A stretch of DNA of 64,000 nt, taken from Cystobasidiomycetes sp. EMM_F5 (Eukaryota). Below, in pieces: positions 26,114-38,964 of this stretch (position 1 is the stretch's first letter; every line of letters starts with the position of its first letter). The stretch lies in NCBI GenBank assembly GCA_051047955.1, contig JBPGPT010000016.1, positions 124,001 through 188,000 on the forward strand, in the 5' to 3' direction. Position numbers and translations under genes: made by a program. The notes beneath the pieces are model-generated. The model did no database searches and was not told where the DNA came from. It saw nothing but the letters and a program-made list of their open reading frames with translations.

Positions 26114-27939
26114 TTATGCTGATTCTTCGATTGCCTTGTCACTGCTTCCAACTAGTGAGGCTTTGGGTCGCGGACCGGACAGCTTTAAGAACGCTCCTGG
26201 AATGCACAGCAGATATGACCCGCAGACCAGCCCGACCATCACAAACCAGCCATTCTTCGTTCCCAAAGCTTCCAAGGCTTGACCTGCCACTATGGGGCCT
26301 ATGAAGCTTCCCACTGAATAGGCCATATTGAAAAGAGCGAAGGCGTGCGAATAGCCAAGTCCTTTGGTATCGTTGACGAGGTAAGTGAGATCGGCTGTGA
26401 TTGCAGGAAGTGCAAAAGTCGCACTGCCACCAACAAAGACCAGCACGACGATGAAGCCAGCTAATGGCATCATGTCGATGCATAAGAATGCTGTCGTCAC
26501 TGCTGCCCCTGACAGACTTGCTAAAGCTAATCGTTTGGGCCCGAACCGGTCGACAAGCGATCCTGCTACGGGGCTGAGAACGAGAGCCGGGACGGCACTT
26601 GCAATAAATATCAGACCTGCTTGAAGCGAATCGAGACCGTACCGCTGAGACGGTACCTGTAAGTACCCAAATTCACAATGTTGAGAAGCCACTTACTTGA
26701 TTCAAGCGCAAAGTCATTGCGGCGTCAAGTAGGCCGCCCATGTAGACGCCTAAGCTGAGTGAAATGGCCGAGGATACCAAGGCGCGCAGATTGACGAGCA
26801 GTGCCAGAAAGGCAGATAAATTGGTACTTTTGCCGCGATGTTGACCTTCTTCGTTACCATCCAAGGCAGCAGCTTCTGTGTCGGCAGCAGAGACAGGTCT
26901 TGGAATCCATCGCGACGCGCGGCCATTTTCAACGACTAGTAAGCGAAAGATGAAGTCTACGGCCACCTATTCCAGTTCTTTTTCTTCAGTCTTGATCTGT
27001 ACCCAGAAGATGAGTCGACAAACTCACGATTATAATGCAGAATATCCAAGGCGCGTAGTACCCCAACTTCTGATACAGAGCGCCCCCGATGGGCGGGCCA
27101 GCAAGGGCGCCCAGAGACAAACCCATCATCGCTTGCCCTGTCGACAACGCGATATCCGCTTCGGGCACCGAATCCGCCAATAATGCCATCCCGATAGTGA
27201 ATATGCCTGTCCCGCTGACGCCTTGTAGCACTCGCGAGACGACAAGCAGAGTGAACGAGGTAGAGAGCATAAACATGACGAGTGATCCAGCCATAAATAC
27301 TAGACCTGAACAGATACTCTAGTCGGCAGATTCATTAATAGGCGCATAAATGTGCCGGACATACAGACAAGTAGCGGAATCTGCCGATTCTTGATTCGTT
27401 CCCCTAGATATCCTATTGGCGGTGACGACACAATCAGACCTCCGCCATAAGCTGTTAAGGACGGCTGATTAGTATATCTCCATACGACCAAAGAGAAGCC
27501 TGCCTACCAGCTACTAACCATCCTGTTAAGGCGTTCACATTATCGTATCCCAGTTCTCGCAGCCGAAACGGAATGACAGGCGATGCAATTCCGTATACTG
27601 TCAGAATTTCGATTCAGTACGTATCCAGCGTAGAAGTAGAAATGCACACACTGCATAAGTCGACAAAAATACCATAACCGACGACGAAAGTGATGAAGTG
27701 TTTCTGGGATGGACATTAGACGAATCCGCTCTGCAGCTGTGCGCTGAAACGGCACTCACTGAGTTTCGCAATTGCAAAAAGAGCGGTCTTTTCCTTCTAT
27801 GTAATGTGAATATACTACGTAGAGATGTTGGTGCTGGCCACGCGTTGTCGGCGGCGGTCGGAATTGATTTCTTCCTGCTTTTCTCCTGCTCTCGAACGCC
27901 TTCTGAGTACTCCTTAACAAGGGAAGTGTTCTGTGACAT
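26114..27939 (-). CDS. Major facilitator superfamily transporter, multi-exon
   Basis: Motif A-like GYLGERIKNRQ and GSLVDRFGPKR; SRVLQGVSG and GALAGPPIGGALY; many TM segments. Confidence 0.85.
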
Positions 27940-28449
27940 GGTCGCATGCACACCGCAAATGCCTTTATGGTGTATATAGCCTTGCCAGCTCTATGGAAGA
28001 TGCCAAGTCCAGGAAGACGGTTGGGACTTTAGCTCTACTGCCGCTGGGTCGAAGCCTGGGGTGAAGAGGATGGTCTATGGGAATCGAGGAACACAGTACT
28101 CATTGCTTGCTTCTTGTCGCGCAGCAGTCGCTTTCCATCACATTTGTCAGCATCAGCTTTCTATCGGATCGCGTTGTCCATTGACGAAGACTGATCGCGA
28201 TTCAGTCGGCTAGTCGGTAAAATTTTCGAGCATTGCCGACGGCGGCGGTACTGCAACCAAGGAAAGCAGAGCTCTTCAGTCAAGCCTTGTGTATACGATT
28301 GAGATGTACACTCATAACGCGATGCTGTCTATACAAGTGTGCCGCGGTTTCATTCCAACAATGAATGCACCTAGAACAAGAACCACGGAAATTCACGAGC
28401 TAATCAATCCATTTTAATCAGCCGCACGATCCAGATTCTCTTGCAGCGC

Positions 28450-29845
28450 CGGCAACTTACAGGATGTCCACTGGGTGATTATTCCAAAATGATGAAGTAA
28501 TTTGGTCAGTTACGACTTTAGGGCAATCACGTACACTCAGTCGTCGCGCTCACCAGATTGATCTCCAAGGCAGCACATGTGACAGCCTGAAGCAGATGTA
28601 AGACGTCGCTCATATTCACAAAGGAGTAGACTCACTATCAGTCCAGGAAACAATGCATAAGCGAAATAGAAGAAGACTTTCGATTCTATCAATGAAAGCG
28701 AGTCGTCGGTCACTGCGACAATGAGGAAATTGTACAGCTGAGTGACGGTGACCATCGCGACTACCACTCCTACGAAGATGCGAGACTTGATCAAGCCAAG
28801 GGCTTTGGGCAGTCGATACACTATCGCGACGTATCTGATCAGGGGAGAAACAGTCAATGAAGTGACGTCCGCCCAATAGTTACATTTACTGACGATAAAA
28901 TCATGAACTGTAGCATATACTCAGCTAACCTCTCTGTTGCACAATGGATTGTACAGCTCACCATGAAACAGCATATCAGGAAAACAATGAGAGCTGCAAA
29001 CAGTCTCAGATTCGTTGACCGCTTAGAGGGTGCGCCATCAGCAGGATCAGGAAGACTCCCGAATCCAGCAAAGTTGAGGAACAGAGCCAGTATAAGTAAT
29101 GCTCGAAAGGCAATAGTATACTTTCTTATCCAATGCTGTGGAGCTGTAAATTTAGATGGACGTGGTGTTACGGGAATGACACCCGTCGCTGCTAATTCTT
29201 CCCACAGCGTCTCATCTCGAACGATAGTTAACGCTGGCAGGTCGACTGAAAGTGCGGTAGTTTTGAGCAGTATCTCGTTTGAAATGGCGTACCACTCTTA
29301 CCGAAAATCAAGGCTGCAATAATGAAGAATATATTTTCCACCGCGTATGCTGCTTTGCTGAATGTTTCTGGGTTGGCGTTGCCAGCTATGACGGCCCGAG
29401 TAAAGAATGCAAGTCCGAGAAACACACATGCGACGCTTGTTCCCATAAGTACGGTCGTCTGGCTCGGCACGATCAGTGTCGAGTACATAAAGTGGGACGC
29501 ATCATGGAGAGCCTACTTTGAACGGGAAGAAGACCTGAAAGACACATTACCGCAAGTGATAATTCTGAGATCAGCCCTCTCGACTCCATCAGCCTCGGAG
29601 AGTGGCAAGTGCCTGCTCACATCCTTCTCCTTTGTCCTCGGCATCCGCCATTGGTAGATGCCATATCCCGCTAGCCCCAGAAAGATAAGGCCACAAAAGA
29701 TGGATCTAATACGATGTTTCAGCAAGGTATGGCGGAGAGCGGTACGAGTTCCCAGGCCGCACAAAAAAAGATCTTCCTCGCGACGGGGCACAGATCCTAT
29801 GAGTCTCGCATGCAGAGCATAGTTGTCGGAAGGATAGTCTGCCAT
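28450..29845 (-). CDS. Multi-pass (about 7 TM) membrane protein, RTA1-like/unknown fungal family; 3' end uncertain
   Basis: Spliced exons encode successive hydrophobic helices: IFCGLIFLGLAGYGIY, VACVFLGLAFFTRAV, IFFIIAALIF, LLILALFLNFAG, NLRLFAALIVFLICCF, IFVGVVVAMVTV and VFFYFAYALFPGLI. Confidence 0.55.
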
Positions 29846-30814
29846 TGAGACACTTGCAGTCTCACACGGAGAATCCTGCAATAGGACGGATAGAGTGCAT
29901 GTGACGAGAGCAGGTTGTGACAATGTTGACGAGCAGCACACATGTTAGATGTTGTGTGTCAGTTGGCGTCAAACGCGTTGGACGACAAGCGGAGAGGGTG
30001 AGTGTTCAGGCTCTCTGTTTCAGAGCAGCTTGGGTCAGCTTTCAACAAGCAAAGGAAGTAGCACGTCGCTGTAAGAGTGAGCTGTGCACGCAGACATGTA
30101 GGACTGTCAGAAGTCTTGTCACGACATCGTGCTTTTTGGAACATTTCTTTGTTCGAATTCGGCACAGACGCGCGCGCCCTGACGTCTCAGTCCAGGGCCA
30201 TTCAAAGAGCACATCGATATCCTGAGGACATGGATCGACTACGTACGACATGGTTTCCGCGATAATTGCGCACAGACCGCCCGAGCCCCAAAGGTCTATG
30301 TACCTGCTCCGAGACGGGCTCCGAGCTCTTCCATGCGAGGGCGAACCTTTTATTTCAGACTTGGACTTTTTATCCAAAACATCCACGTGGCGATAGAGGG
30401 CAAGCCAGGAATTGTTGTTGTTCGTAATATGGGAGCAAGCATTGCCAGGGTGTACAAACACAAACAGCACATACTACTGACTCACTGAGTCGCATCAGCG
30501 CTTGTGTGTTTGAACCACCGCTGCTGATATCGCGCTACTGTTCTGGCTGGCTGGCCTCCGACAAAGTTAGGCACACCGTCGCCCGCGCCGCCCCAGGATC
30601 TCTCGGCCGTCGCGTAGGTTTTCTGCCAGGCGCATTCAGCTGGACGCCAGCTGCCTGCGACACACCCACTGCCACCTCTACGTCTGATTCGCAAGATCGC
30701 TGTCGGCTGCGCTGAGTGCAATATCGTCCGATACCCAGATGCAAGGGGGGCGTCCACAACAAAAACCCATTCAAGTGGACCCGGCGCCAAAAATCTGAAT
30801 TCATCAAGCCCACC

Positions 30815-33292
30815 ATGTCATCGTCGAGCAAGCAGTCGTCGTCGTCGCATATGCTCAAGACGGGCAAGCGAGGGAACCCATTCTGCAAGGTGAGCTGCGA
30901 AGTCTGGCAACCCGTCATGCGTTATTGTTAGAACCCTGTCAGGTACAGGCGGGCGCGAGGCCTGCCAGAGCACGTACGAGGACGGTATACTGATCTTTGC
31001 ATTCTCCCTCGTCTCTTTCTCATGGCTCGATGTGCCTTGTGCCCGTTCCTTGCCTGTCACGGTCCGACCTATTTACGCACGGGCGCCCGGACATCACGGC
31101 ATGACACGCACGTTATACCGATAGGACACCCACGATCTATTCGCAACGCTGGTCGTATCGCTCAACCTAGCCAACAATACCCGCTTCTTCCGCACCTATC
31201 CCAACACCTTTACAACTGACGATGCAGCACAAAATCTATCATCACTGCGGTTCTCGCAGTCGAATCGATCGACCGATCCCAACGACTCCCAGCGTATCAT
31301 TACGACCACCACGACCACTACATTTACCATGTCGCGTGAAATCGCAAAAGGCGTGTGCCAGCAATTTATGGACGCCCGATTAATCGAAAATGCAACGGAT
31401 CCTACGTCGTTTGTTTTCAAGGACAGAGGCATCTATGGCATCACACCAAAAGGCCTCCACGTCCTCGAACGCTTCATTACAAAGAATGGTATTGCCGCAG
31501 ACCATCTCGTCAAGGTCTTCACTACCCAACCTATATGTATGCGCCTCCTTCACCTAGAACGACGGCCGATGGACGATGAGATTATCGTAACGAGACCCGT
31601 TCTCGAAGTCGTCTTCACACGCTTTGTCGGAACGAAAGCCCCAAATTACGTCTGTCCGCCCAGTGAGACTGCGAGAGCTGCTGCATCTGGTCAACTACGT
31701 CCATATCAAGATGCAGTCAGACTACCTAGGGACTTTGAGCGGTCGTCAGGTATAGAGATGCAGGATGTTGCGGAAAAGAACTTTCGCAACAATACCATCT
31801 ACATTGTCAAGCACGTCTTTTCAAGCGCTGGCGCTATCGACTGGCTTTGCGACCATGCGACGTGTTGTTGTCGGGACGAAGCGGCGGAATTATTGGCTCA
31901 CTTTGTGCGGTACGGCTTCATTACTCTGCACTACGACAAGTCGAGACCCAACGCCGGTAGCGGACCGGAGTCATCTCAGAACGGGTCTGCTAGCGGTGGA
32001 GGAGCGGCGTCCACAAAATCCAGCAACAACGGAGCGACGGTCGAAGCAGAATTTAGATGGGGTCCGAAAGTGACGTATCGATTGACAGACGAAGGTCGTC
32101 GACTGGCCAATTGGGATGGTCTGTCGGTAGGAGCGGGAACGGGAGGAAAGGGCGAATCGAAGCAAAAAGTGTCGACGGATTCTTCGTCAGCAACAGGTGA
32201 TGCGGATAGCGAGAAGGGCGGATTTGCTGGACAACAGCACTTGCATCACGCGAATGGGTCAACGAATACACTACCCGGTCAAGGAAGTGGTAATGCAAGC
32301 AACGGGAAAGCTTTCAGTGGACCAGAGGTCGGCGGAGAATGGTCACTTGCAGGAGGAGTTGGCGTATCGAGCATGCTCGACTCACAACTACATTCGAAAA
32401 TGACGCTCAAAGAGCTCTTTGATGTCGACTTGGCCGGTGATGCAAATTGGGGCAAAGAAGGGCAACATAGCAGTACGACGCGTCTGAAGGCTATCCTCGA
32501 GGACATCAGATTACGCGCGCTGTTTCGCGACTATCTCAAGAACAACTACTGTGAAGAGAATCTGGGATTTTGGCTCGATGTGCAAGATTTCCGGAGAAGG
32601 TTCAGTACGACCTCTTCAGCTATCGGTGGAGGCGGCAGTGCGGGGGCTCTATCTGCAGACGACGCAAAGTCTGGCAAGAAGGACCGAAGAGCTCTATTGC
32701 GTTTCGGCAGTGGTGCGCAGTCTGGCAGTGTGCCGTCAGCGAGCACTGCGATGGAAGCGCATCAACACGATCTGAATATCGCCGCTGTGAACATCTATCG
32801 ACTCTACCTTGCTCCCCAAAGCCCTTCGGAGCTCAATATTGATCACAATCTTCGTGCCGACGTAGTCAACTTTATACAACGGTGTGCCGATGAAGCCAAT
32901 ATTCCCCTCTCTGCTCTGTCGACACCCAGACACTTCGTTGCTGGCGGATCTGCATTACAATACTCCAATACGCCAAACTCTGGTAGCGGAAACGCAAATA
33001 ATGCTAGTCCTACAGCGTCGCCGGACCCGAATAATCCTGATGCCGCTGGGTCACTTGGCGCCCAAATGGTTCTTCCTCTGCGCGCGACTCAGGTGCAGAC
33101 GTTGCTACGGTATTATGAGCGAATACAAGACCACATCTTCCGCCTTCTTGCGACGGATCAGGTACCCAAATTCATCAGGACTAACGACTTTCTGATACTT
33201 CTCAAAGGAGGCAACCCGGTGAGCTAAACAGAAATATTTGTAGTATAGGTCGCGTACTAATCGTATCCATATAGGGCGAAATGAAGGCTTAG
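30815..33292 (+). CDS. Regulator of G-protein signalling, fungal DEP-DEP-RGS (Sst2/FlbA/Crg1 type)
   Basis: HMLKTGKRGNPF, ITTTTTTTFTMSREIAKGVCQQFMDARLIENA, LERRPMDDEI, LFRDYLKNNYCEENLGFW, YLAPQSPSELNIDH and LLATDQVPKF motifs. Confidence 0.92.
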
Positions 33293-34282
33293 TTATTCCG
33301 GTCTCATCGATGATCACCCGTCCCCATCGTAACGTGGACGTCTACCAGGAACCTGCCATCGAGGTGCATCCTATACTCGCATGACCCGCCAGAACCGCCC
33401 ATCTCCGCGCTTTATGAATCTGTTTCATCTTTTTGCTTTCGAGAACGTATTCCCCTACTCTGTGCCGCAATCTGCCACATAGACTATATAAACTCGCTTG
33501 CTTTAGCATTTGTCGTACTTTCTGGTCGTAGTCTGCATTTCTTCTCCCATCCCTCTCAGTTTAGCATGGTCATCAGGTCGCGACAGTTTTCGTAATGCGC
33601 CTGTTGTAATCGATGTACGTGTAGAGCATCTCCTTGCTACTCGTCTGCAGGAATCATCGCAGTGCCCAGCTTGTAGACTTGTTGAGGTTTTGACGCGTCT
33701 GTTTGACGAGGAATGCGGCCAATTTCGACGTCACTCGAGCACCAAGCCGTGGATGGTTTTCAAACAGAGGACACGTTACGGTAAATACAAAAGCATAACT
33801 CACAGACTGGACACTGCACACTGTGCTGCCATTGAACAGCTGCTTGGACTGTCCTGCTCAACCCCGACGAGTTCTTGGATTTTCGTGGTCAACTGCAAGG
33901 CACGCGAAAAAGCTCGACGCGGTCACAGCTCCTCCAAGGTCTGGGCGAGTCTCGGGAAGTGCTGCGACTGGGAACAAGGCCAAATCATGGGCATCTGAGA
34001 ATTCTGCAGCGACAAACCAGCACATATACCATACATACAACACACTCATTTACTGCTGCTACTGCCGCACCACTCTCGTTTCAACTTCGTCATTTGGGCA
34101 CCAGTCCTGCATAAAAAGCAAGCCTCCAGCAGCTGCCAGCCCCGTCGACATCATACTTCAGCATCTACGGTGTAGCTTACATTCTACCTAGCTGGTCGCT
34201 TCGCCTTCTGCTTGCCTTTGCATTCGTCTGGAATATTGGGTCTAGCATTCCTGCTCGCGCCCTCTAGTCGTCGCAGACCGCC

Positions 34283-35961
34283 ATGGCAGCCCGTAGTGAC
34301 CGAGCCGCCAAGGTGGACAGCGTATACCTCAGTTACGCATCAGATGTCGCAACAGCAGCTCCGACTGCCTCAATTACCCCAAACAATGCCAGCGCACCGG
34401 TCTCTCGAGTGGCGGCAGCGCTCCAGTCTTCTAGGCGTCAACCAGCTCCAGCCAACTTGAACCTGTCCAGAGCGGCTGGTACTTCCAACTTTGCAAATCT
34501 CACGCCGTCCCAGTCTTCACCTGCTTTTCCGGCTCCCCGCAGTAACAACCTTGCACCGGCGCATGGTCAAGGCAACCACCCTGTGCACACCGCCGGCAAT
34601 CCGCGTCCGCCTGCTTTCCCTTCGCCAACTCTGCTGTCACCTTCTGCTTCGTCACCGCACTTTCAGAGTAGATCAGCTCCTCAGCATCACCAACAGCAGT
34701 ATCAACAGCAACCACCTTCGTTTCGCTCTCAGCCCGGTCCGCGTCCATTACTGACCCCTGCACATCCCAGCGCCAATCAGCAATCACAAGCACACTCACG
34801 CGCACCACAACAGCATTCACAGCAACAACAACACGTACAAAGTCCATCACACGCAAATCATCCAAAACCTTTCGTACTTCGCGGTGGTCCACCCTCTCCC
34901 ATGTCGGGCCGGCCACCTATTCCCATCGTACAAGTCACTATGCCCGAAGCTATGCATCCCCGTCAGCCACTGTCCGAATCACAAACCAGACCACGTCCTC
35001 AATTTCAGCAGCATCCTAGCTCGCCTAGAGGAATGTATCGCCATCCTCCGTCTCCTAGCGGCGGGATGAGCGATAACGAGAGCGACGAGACGCTCGTTGA
35101 TTCACCACAAGACAGCCTGCTCAATAGCAAGCAGTTCAAAGGTCCCCAAGCGACATTTGCTACCCCGCTCTCGTCACCCACCCTGAAAAATCTTCACCTC
35201 GCATCTGCCCACCCTGATAATGACCGTCTTATGCCAGCTACGCCTGGTCGGGGCGGCAATCGCGACTTTTGGAAGCGGTTCTCCACTGTCGTGCATCAGC
35301 ATGAAGAGCGTGAAAAGTTTGTTGCGCTCGTTGATGGAACCGCAAAGAAGGAGGGAGGTAAGACGGCGGGAAGTGTTCCGGCTGTCGTTCCGCAACGCAC
35401 CGTCGGGTCCGAGTGGCTCGATAATCAACAACATCGCCAGCGCAATTATCGCATAGCAGTCGGTATCGTTGCGGCTTGTATCATCCTGGCCATTGCTGGT
35501 GGTCGTGAGTTTAATGGACCATTGGCACATACAATAGCTGACTGAAGGATCCCGTTGCAGTCGGCTATCACTTTGTCAGCAAATCGCAAAAGGACACTGC
35601 TGCCACCGTGGCAGCTGCGTCATCATCAATCGCAGTCAAGGCAGCAAGCACGTCTGATCCTTACACTGCTCCAAGCTCTATCGCTGCTGGAGTCACACTG
35701 CGAGCGCGTCAGTTCGAATTTGCACCCCTCATTCCAGTATTTGTACCATTGCCTCCCGCACCGACCTCACCGCCAACGCAGTCTTCGAACGGCTCGCAAT
35801 TGGCGCAACAAGGCACTTTTGTGGATGCGCTTGCTGGTATAGCCGACGGCAAAAAGCGACACTTTAAGCAGGAGACTCATCAGCTCAAGCAGCGGAGAGC
35901 GACTTCCACGAGGGCATACCCACTCGTTGATGCTATCATTGCGACCGATGAGCTCGACTGA
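34283..35961 (+). CDS. Pro/Gln-rich single-pass membrane hypothetical protein
   Basis: 420-aa ORF ending in TM segment IAVGIVAACIILAIAG, spliced to a 3' exon that ends ...IIATDELD*. Confidence 0.65.
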
Positions 35962-36459
35962 GAATCACGCCATCTTCGCAGCGTTTACTTCATCTTTTTC
36001 ATGGACACTCGGTTCTCCACTACTTAATAATGACAAGATGACGACCGCAACGCTTCCCATTTCACCAAAAGTACTCTTGTGCACAATTCATACGTTCGTA
36101 TAGTGATGGGTGTTACCATATTCAGACGGACAGTCTTCTACAGTCGGATCTTTTCATATAGACGCTTCTTGGCAAGATTAGGCAAATTTTTATATGCTAC
36201 ATGGTGTTACTTGTGCATACGTTCATACTTCACTATATTTATTCAGATCTCACAGTCTGTTGTTGTTATTTCGCTCTTCGTGTAAGCTTCCGATGCGTGC
36301 TTACACCTTCTCAAATTTGCGACACGGACCGTTCTACCAGGCGCTCGCCTCGCCTCGCCTCGCTACCAAACCAAGAAGAAAGACTTTAGCGTTTTACGCA
36401 TCGCAAGTGCTTGGTGTGTGTAGCATGGGCCCTTAACGCTGCGGCTTCGCGTGCCTACG

Positions 36460-37434
36460 CTACGTTTGATCTTTCTTAATATCCACTTGTATTCCATACG
36501 CGATGTGGTGCAACCGCGTATCGACCACATAGCCGAGCTCCTGGTAGATGAGCAGCGTGTCATAAAGGTCTGCAGTATATGCATGAGTCAACAATTTGCA
36601 GCCTTCTCCCTGGCGCCTGGCAGCTTACCTTGTATCGGTACAACACGCTTTTCAATCTAATACATATGATGTCAGCCTAGAAACTCACACACGCTTCACT
36701 TAGACAATCCAGGATCTCACAAATTCGCCCTCGTCGAGTCGCTGTTGGGGCTCTGGCAACGTATCGCTACTGCCGTCAAATTCGAACTTGACGCACACCA
36801 GTACTGTCGTTTCTGTGGACATGCCCGGTGAATCCGCCAAGACCTTGCTGACGTGGGTTATGGTTCCTTTGGGTCCGGTAAAGCTACTGCTACCGTAACC
36901 AGTCTCTTCGGCGAGCTCCCGCAAAGCCGCTTGTTCAGGTGATTCGCCTTGATCAATGAGACCTGCCGGAAATTCAATGCTGATTGCGTTGATGGGTGGC
37001 TGCACGGAATGGAATAGATAAGCTCCCGAATCGAGACAGACATGAATGATGGTAGCCAACGCGGAATTGCAGAACGATGATTGTGCTTTCTGGTATTGAC
37101 GGATGCGAGATTCGCGTGAAGATGTCAACAGCTATGTGTTACCAAATGTCAGCGAATCTCGTGTATCGCTCTCCGTTCGTGATGGCAGACCATCGGCTAT
37201 GCCATCTTTAGCGCGAGTTTTACGATTTGTCGCCTCCCATTTTCGCTGTTCATTTCGATTAAGTTAAGTACATGTATTGAATGCAAGATGAAAGGTGTGA
37301 AGTACTTCAGTGCCATTGCTAGCGCGGTATGTCAGTTCTTTGACCTCGACGAAGCGAGCTTCCGCCGGATCGAGAGTCTTGGACGAGATTACTTTTGGCG
37401 AGCCCAAGGTCTTAGCAGGGTACGCTCGAGGCAT
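36460..37434 (-). CDS. Nudix hydrolase, ADP-ribose pyrophosphatase (Ysa1/NUDT5-like)
   Basis: IEFPAGLIDQGESPEQAALRELAEETGY is a canonical Nudix box. SPGMS, Q.LDEGEFI and GYVVDTRL motifs also present. Confidence 0.88.
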
Positions 37435-37632
37435 GGCAGCACTGAAGCTAGGACAGAATTATTGGAGGTGAACGGCAACAGTTTTGCTGGACGCATTCAG
37501 TGTTTGCCAGGGATAGTCGATCATCCATTGTATGACGATGTGACTGACCTTCAATATGACAATGGCGTGTGCTGAAGCTCAATGAGGTCTAACACTCTGC
37601 TCTAACATCACTCTGTCCGTCCATGTTGCAGA

Positions 37633-38845
37633 ATGAGCGCGTACGAAGCCGAACGCGTTAGTAGCACTTATGACCTCTCATGGACGTTTCCCGCTAAACT
37701 TGCAAGCCCACGCACAGGCCGCTCAAATCGAGAAGAACAGAGCACTCATTGCTTCTCTGGGCATCGCAGCCAAGGTAGTTATCAACATTTGACGGATCTG
37801 GCTTACGCTGATACGAGTGCTGGCAGCCAAACAACAAGCGCGCCGTTCAAGAAGTATCAGAAGATGTGAAGCCACCAAAGCCAAAGAGAGCCAAGACTTC
37901 CGCTCGAGAACATGTCGAACCGATACGTCGGAGCACCCGCATAGTCGAGAATGCATCGCTCAAGACAGAGGACCTGTCGCAATTACCCGACGATTGGGAT
38001 GATGCAAGATTGTCGAATGCAGCACTTCGGCGCGGAAGACTGCAAGATGACAAAGCTCTGCGAATACGACAGTTGGCAGCTCCGGAAATACCAGAGCCGC
38101 CTGCCATAGATAACGAAGCAGACTTTGATCCAGATTATCGCGCACCTCCACCCAGTCGTGATCCTAGCGAGAGTAATTCAGGCTACGGCAGGCTCCACTT
38201 CGAAGATACACCTCATTTCACGCCAAACCTGACGCCGGAGGAAATTCTGCGATTAGGATCGTTCGGCGGGACGTACTGGCGGTCTTTCTACTCGCGAGTC
38301 GCGCGGAAAGATCAGAAGGAGGATCTTCACGAATTTCCTCCGGAGTGGTGTGCGTAATGTACTGGTAGCTACACTTGCGAGAATTCTGACGGAACATACA
38401 GATGCAGGACTAGATACGGCGACGATGCTTACTAGCCAAAATTATAACACCGACATCAACCAGTAAGTATTGTACGTATATCACACGCGTACTAGCCGGA
38501 CTTGATACGCTTCCCAGATACAAAGTCAAGGCATCGCAAAGTATCGAAGAGTGGGAAACGCAAGGATGGATTCGTGCTCAAGACCCTCGCGGATGGACGC
38601 AGTGGTATTTTCGCTTCTACCTCGGTCGGCGAACAGCGGACGACGATCGCCAGATACGCAGAATGCTATCTGCTGTTGGCCCTCGCGGCAGGTTCAAGAC
38701 GAGTTTGGCCAAGAAGATTGCACAGGCAGGAGGGGCGGAAATGTGGGACGACCCGGAGATTGCGCCGATTTTGCGGCAAACTTTACAGCATTGGGCCGTA
38801 AGAATTACAAAAGAAGACATATTACAATATCTATCGCATGCATAA
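37633..38845 (+). CDS. Conserved uncharacterised protein with an FGGTYWR / DPRGWxQWY domain
   Basis: FTPNLTPEEILRLGSFGGTYWR and WETQGWIRAQDPRGWTQWYFRFYLGRRTADDDRQI blocks; N-terminal MSAYEAERAAQIEKNRALIASLG helix. Confidence 0.8.
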
Positions 38846-38964
38846 CGCGGCTCTGTAGCGTACATTTCCATCGCTATTCGAATGACTGCCGTTTGTTTAA
38901 CTCAGACATCAGGTCCTTTCGTGTAAGAGACAATGGCCCGGGAATCTACAGTGATCTGAAAGGA

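Noticed and set aside
36343..36363. (CTCGC)4 short tandem repeat; also a (CG)5 run near 3549
   Set aside because: Ordinary microsatellites with no functional evidence.
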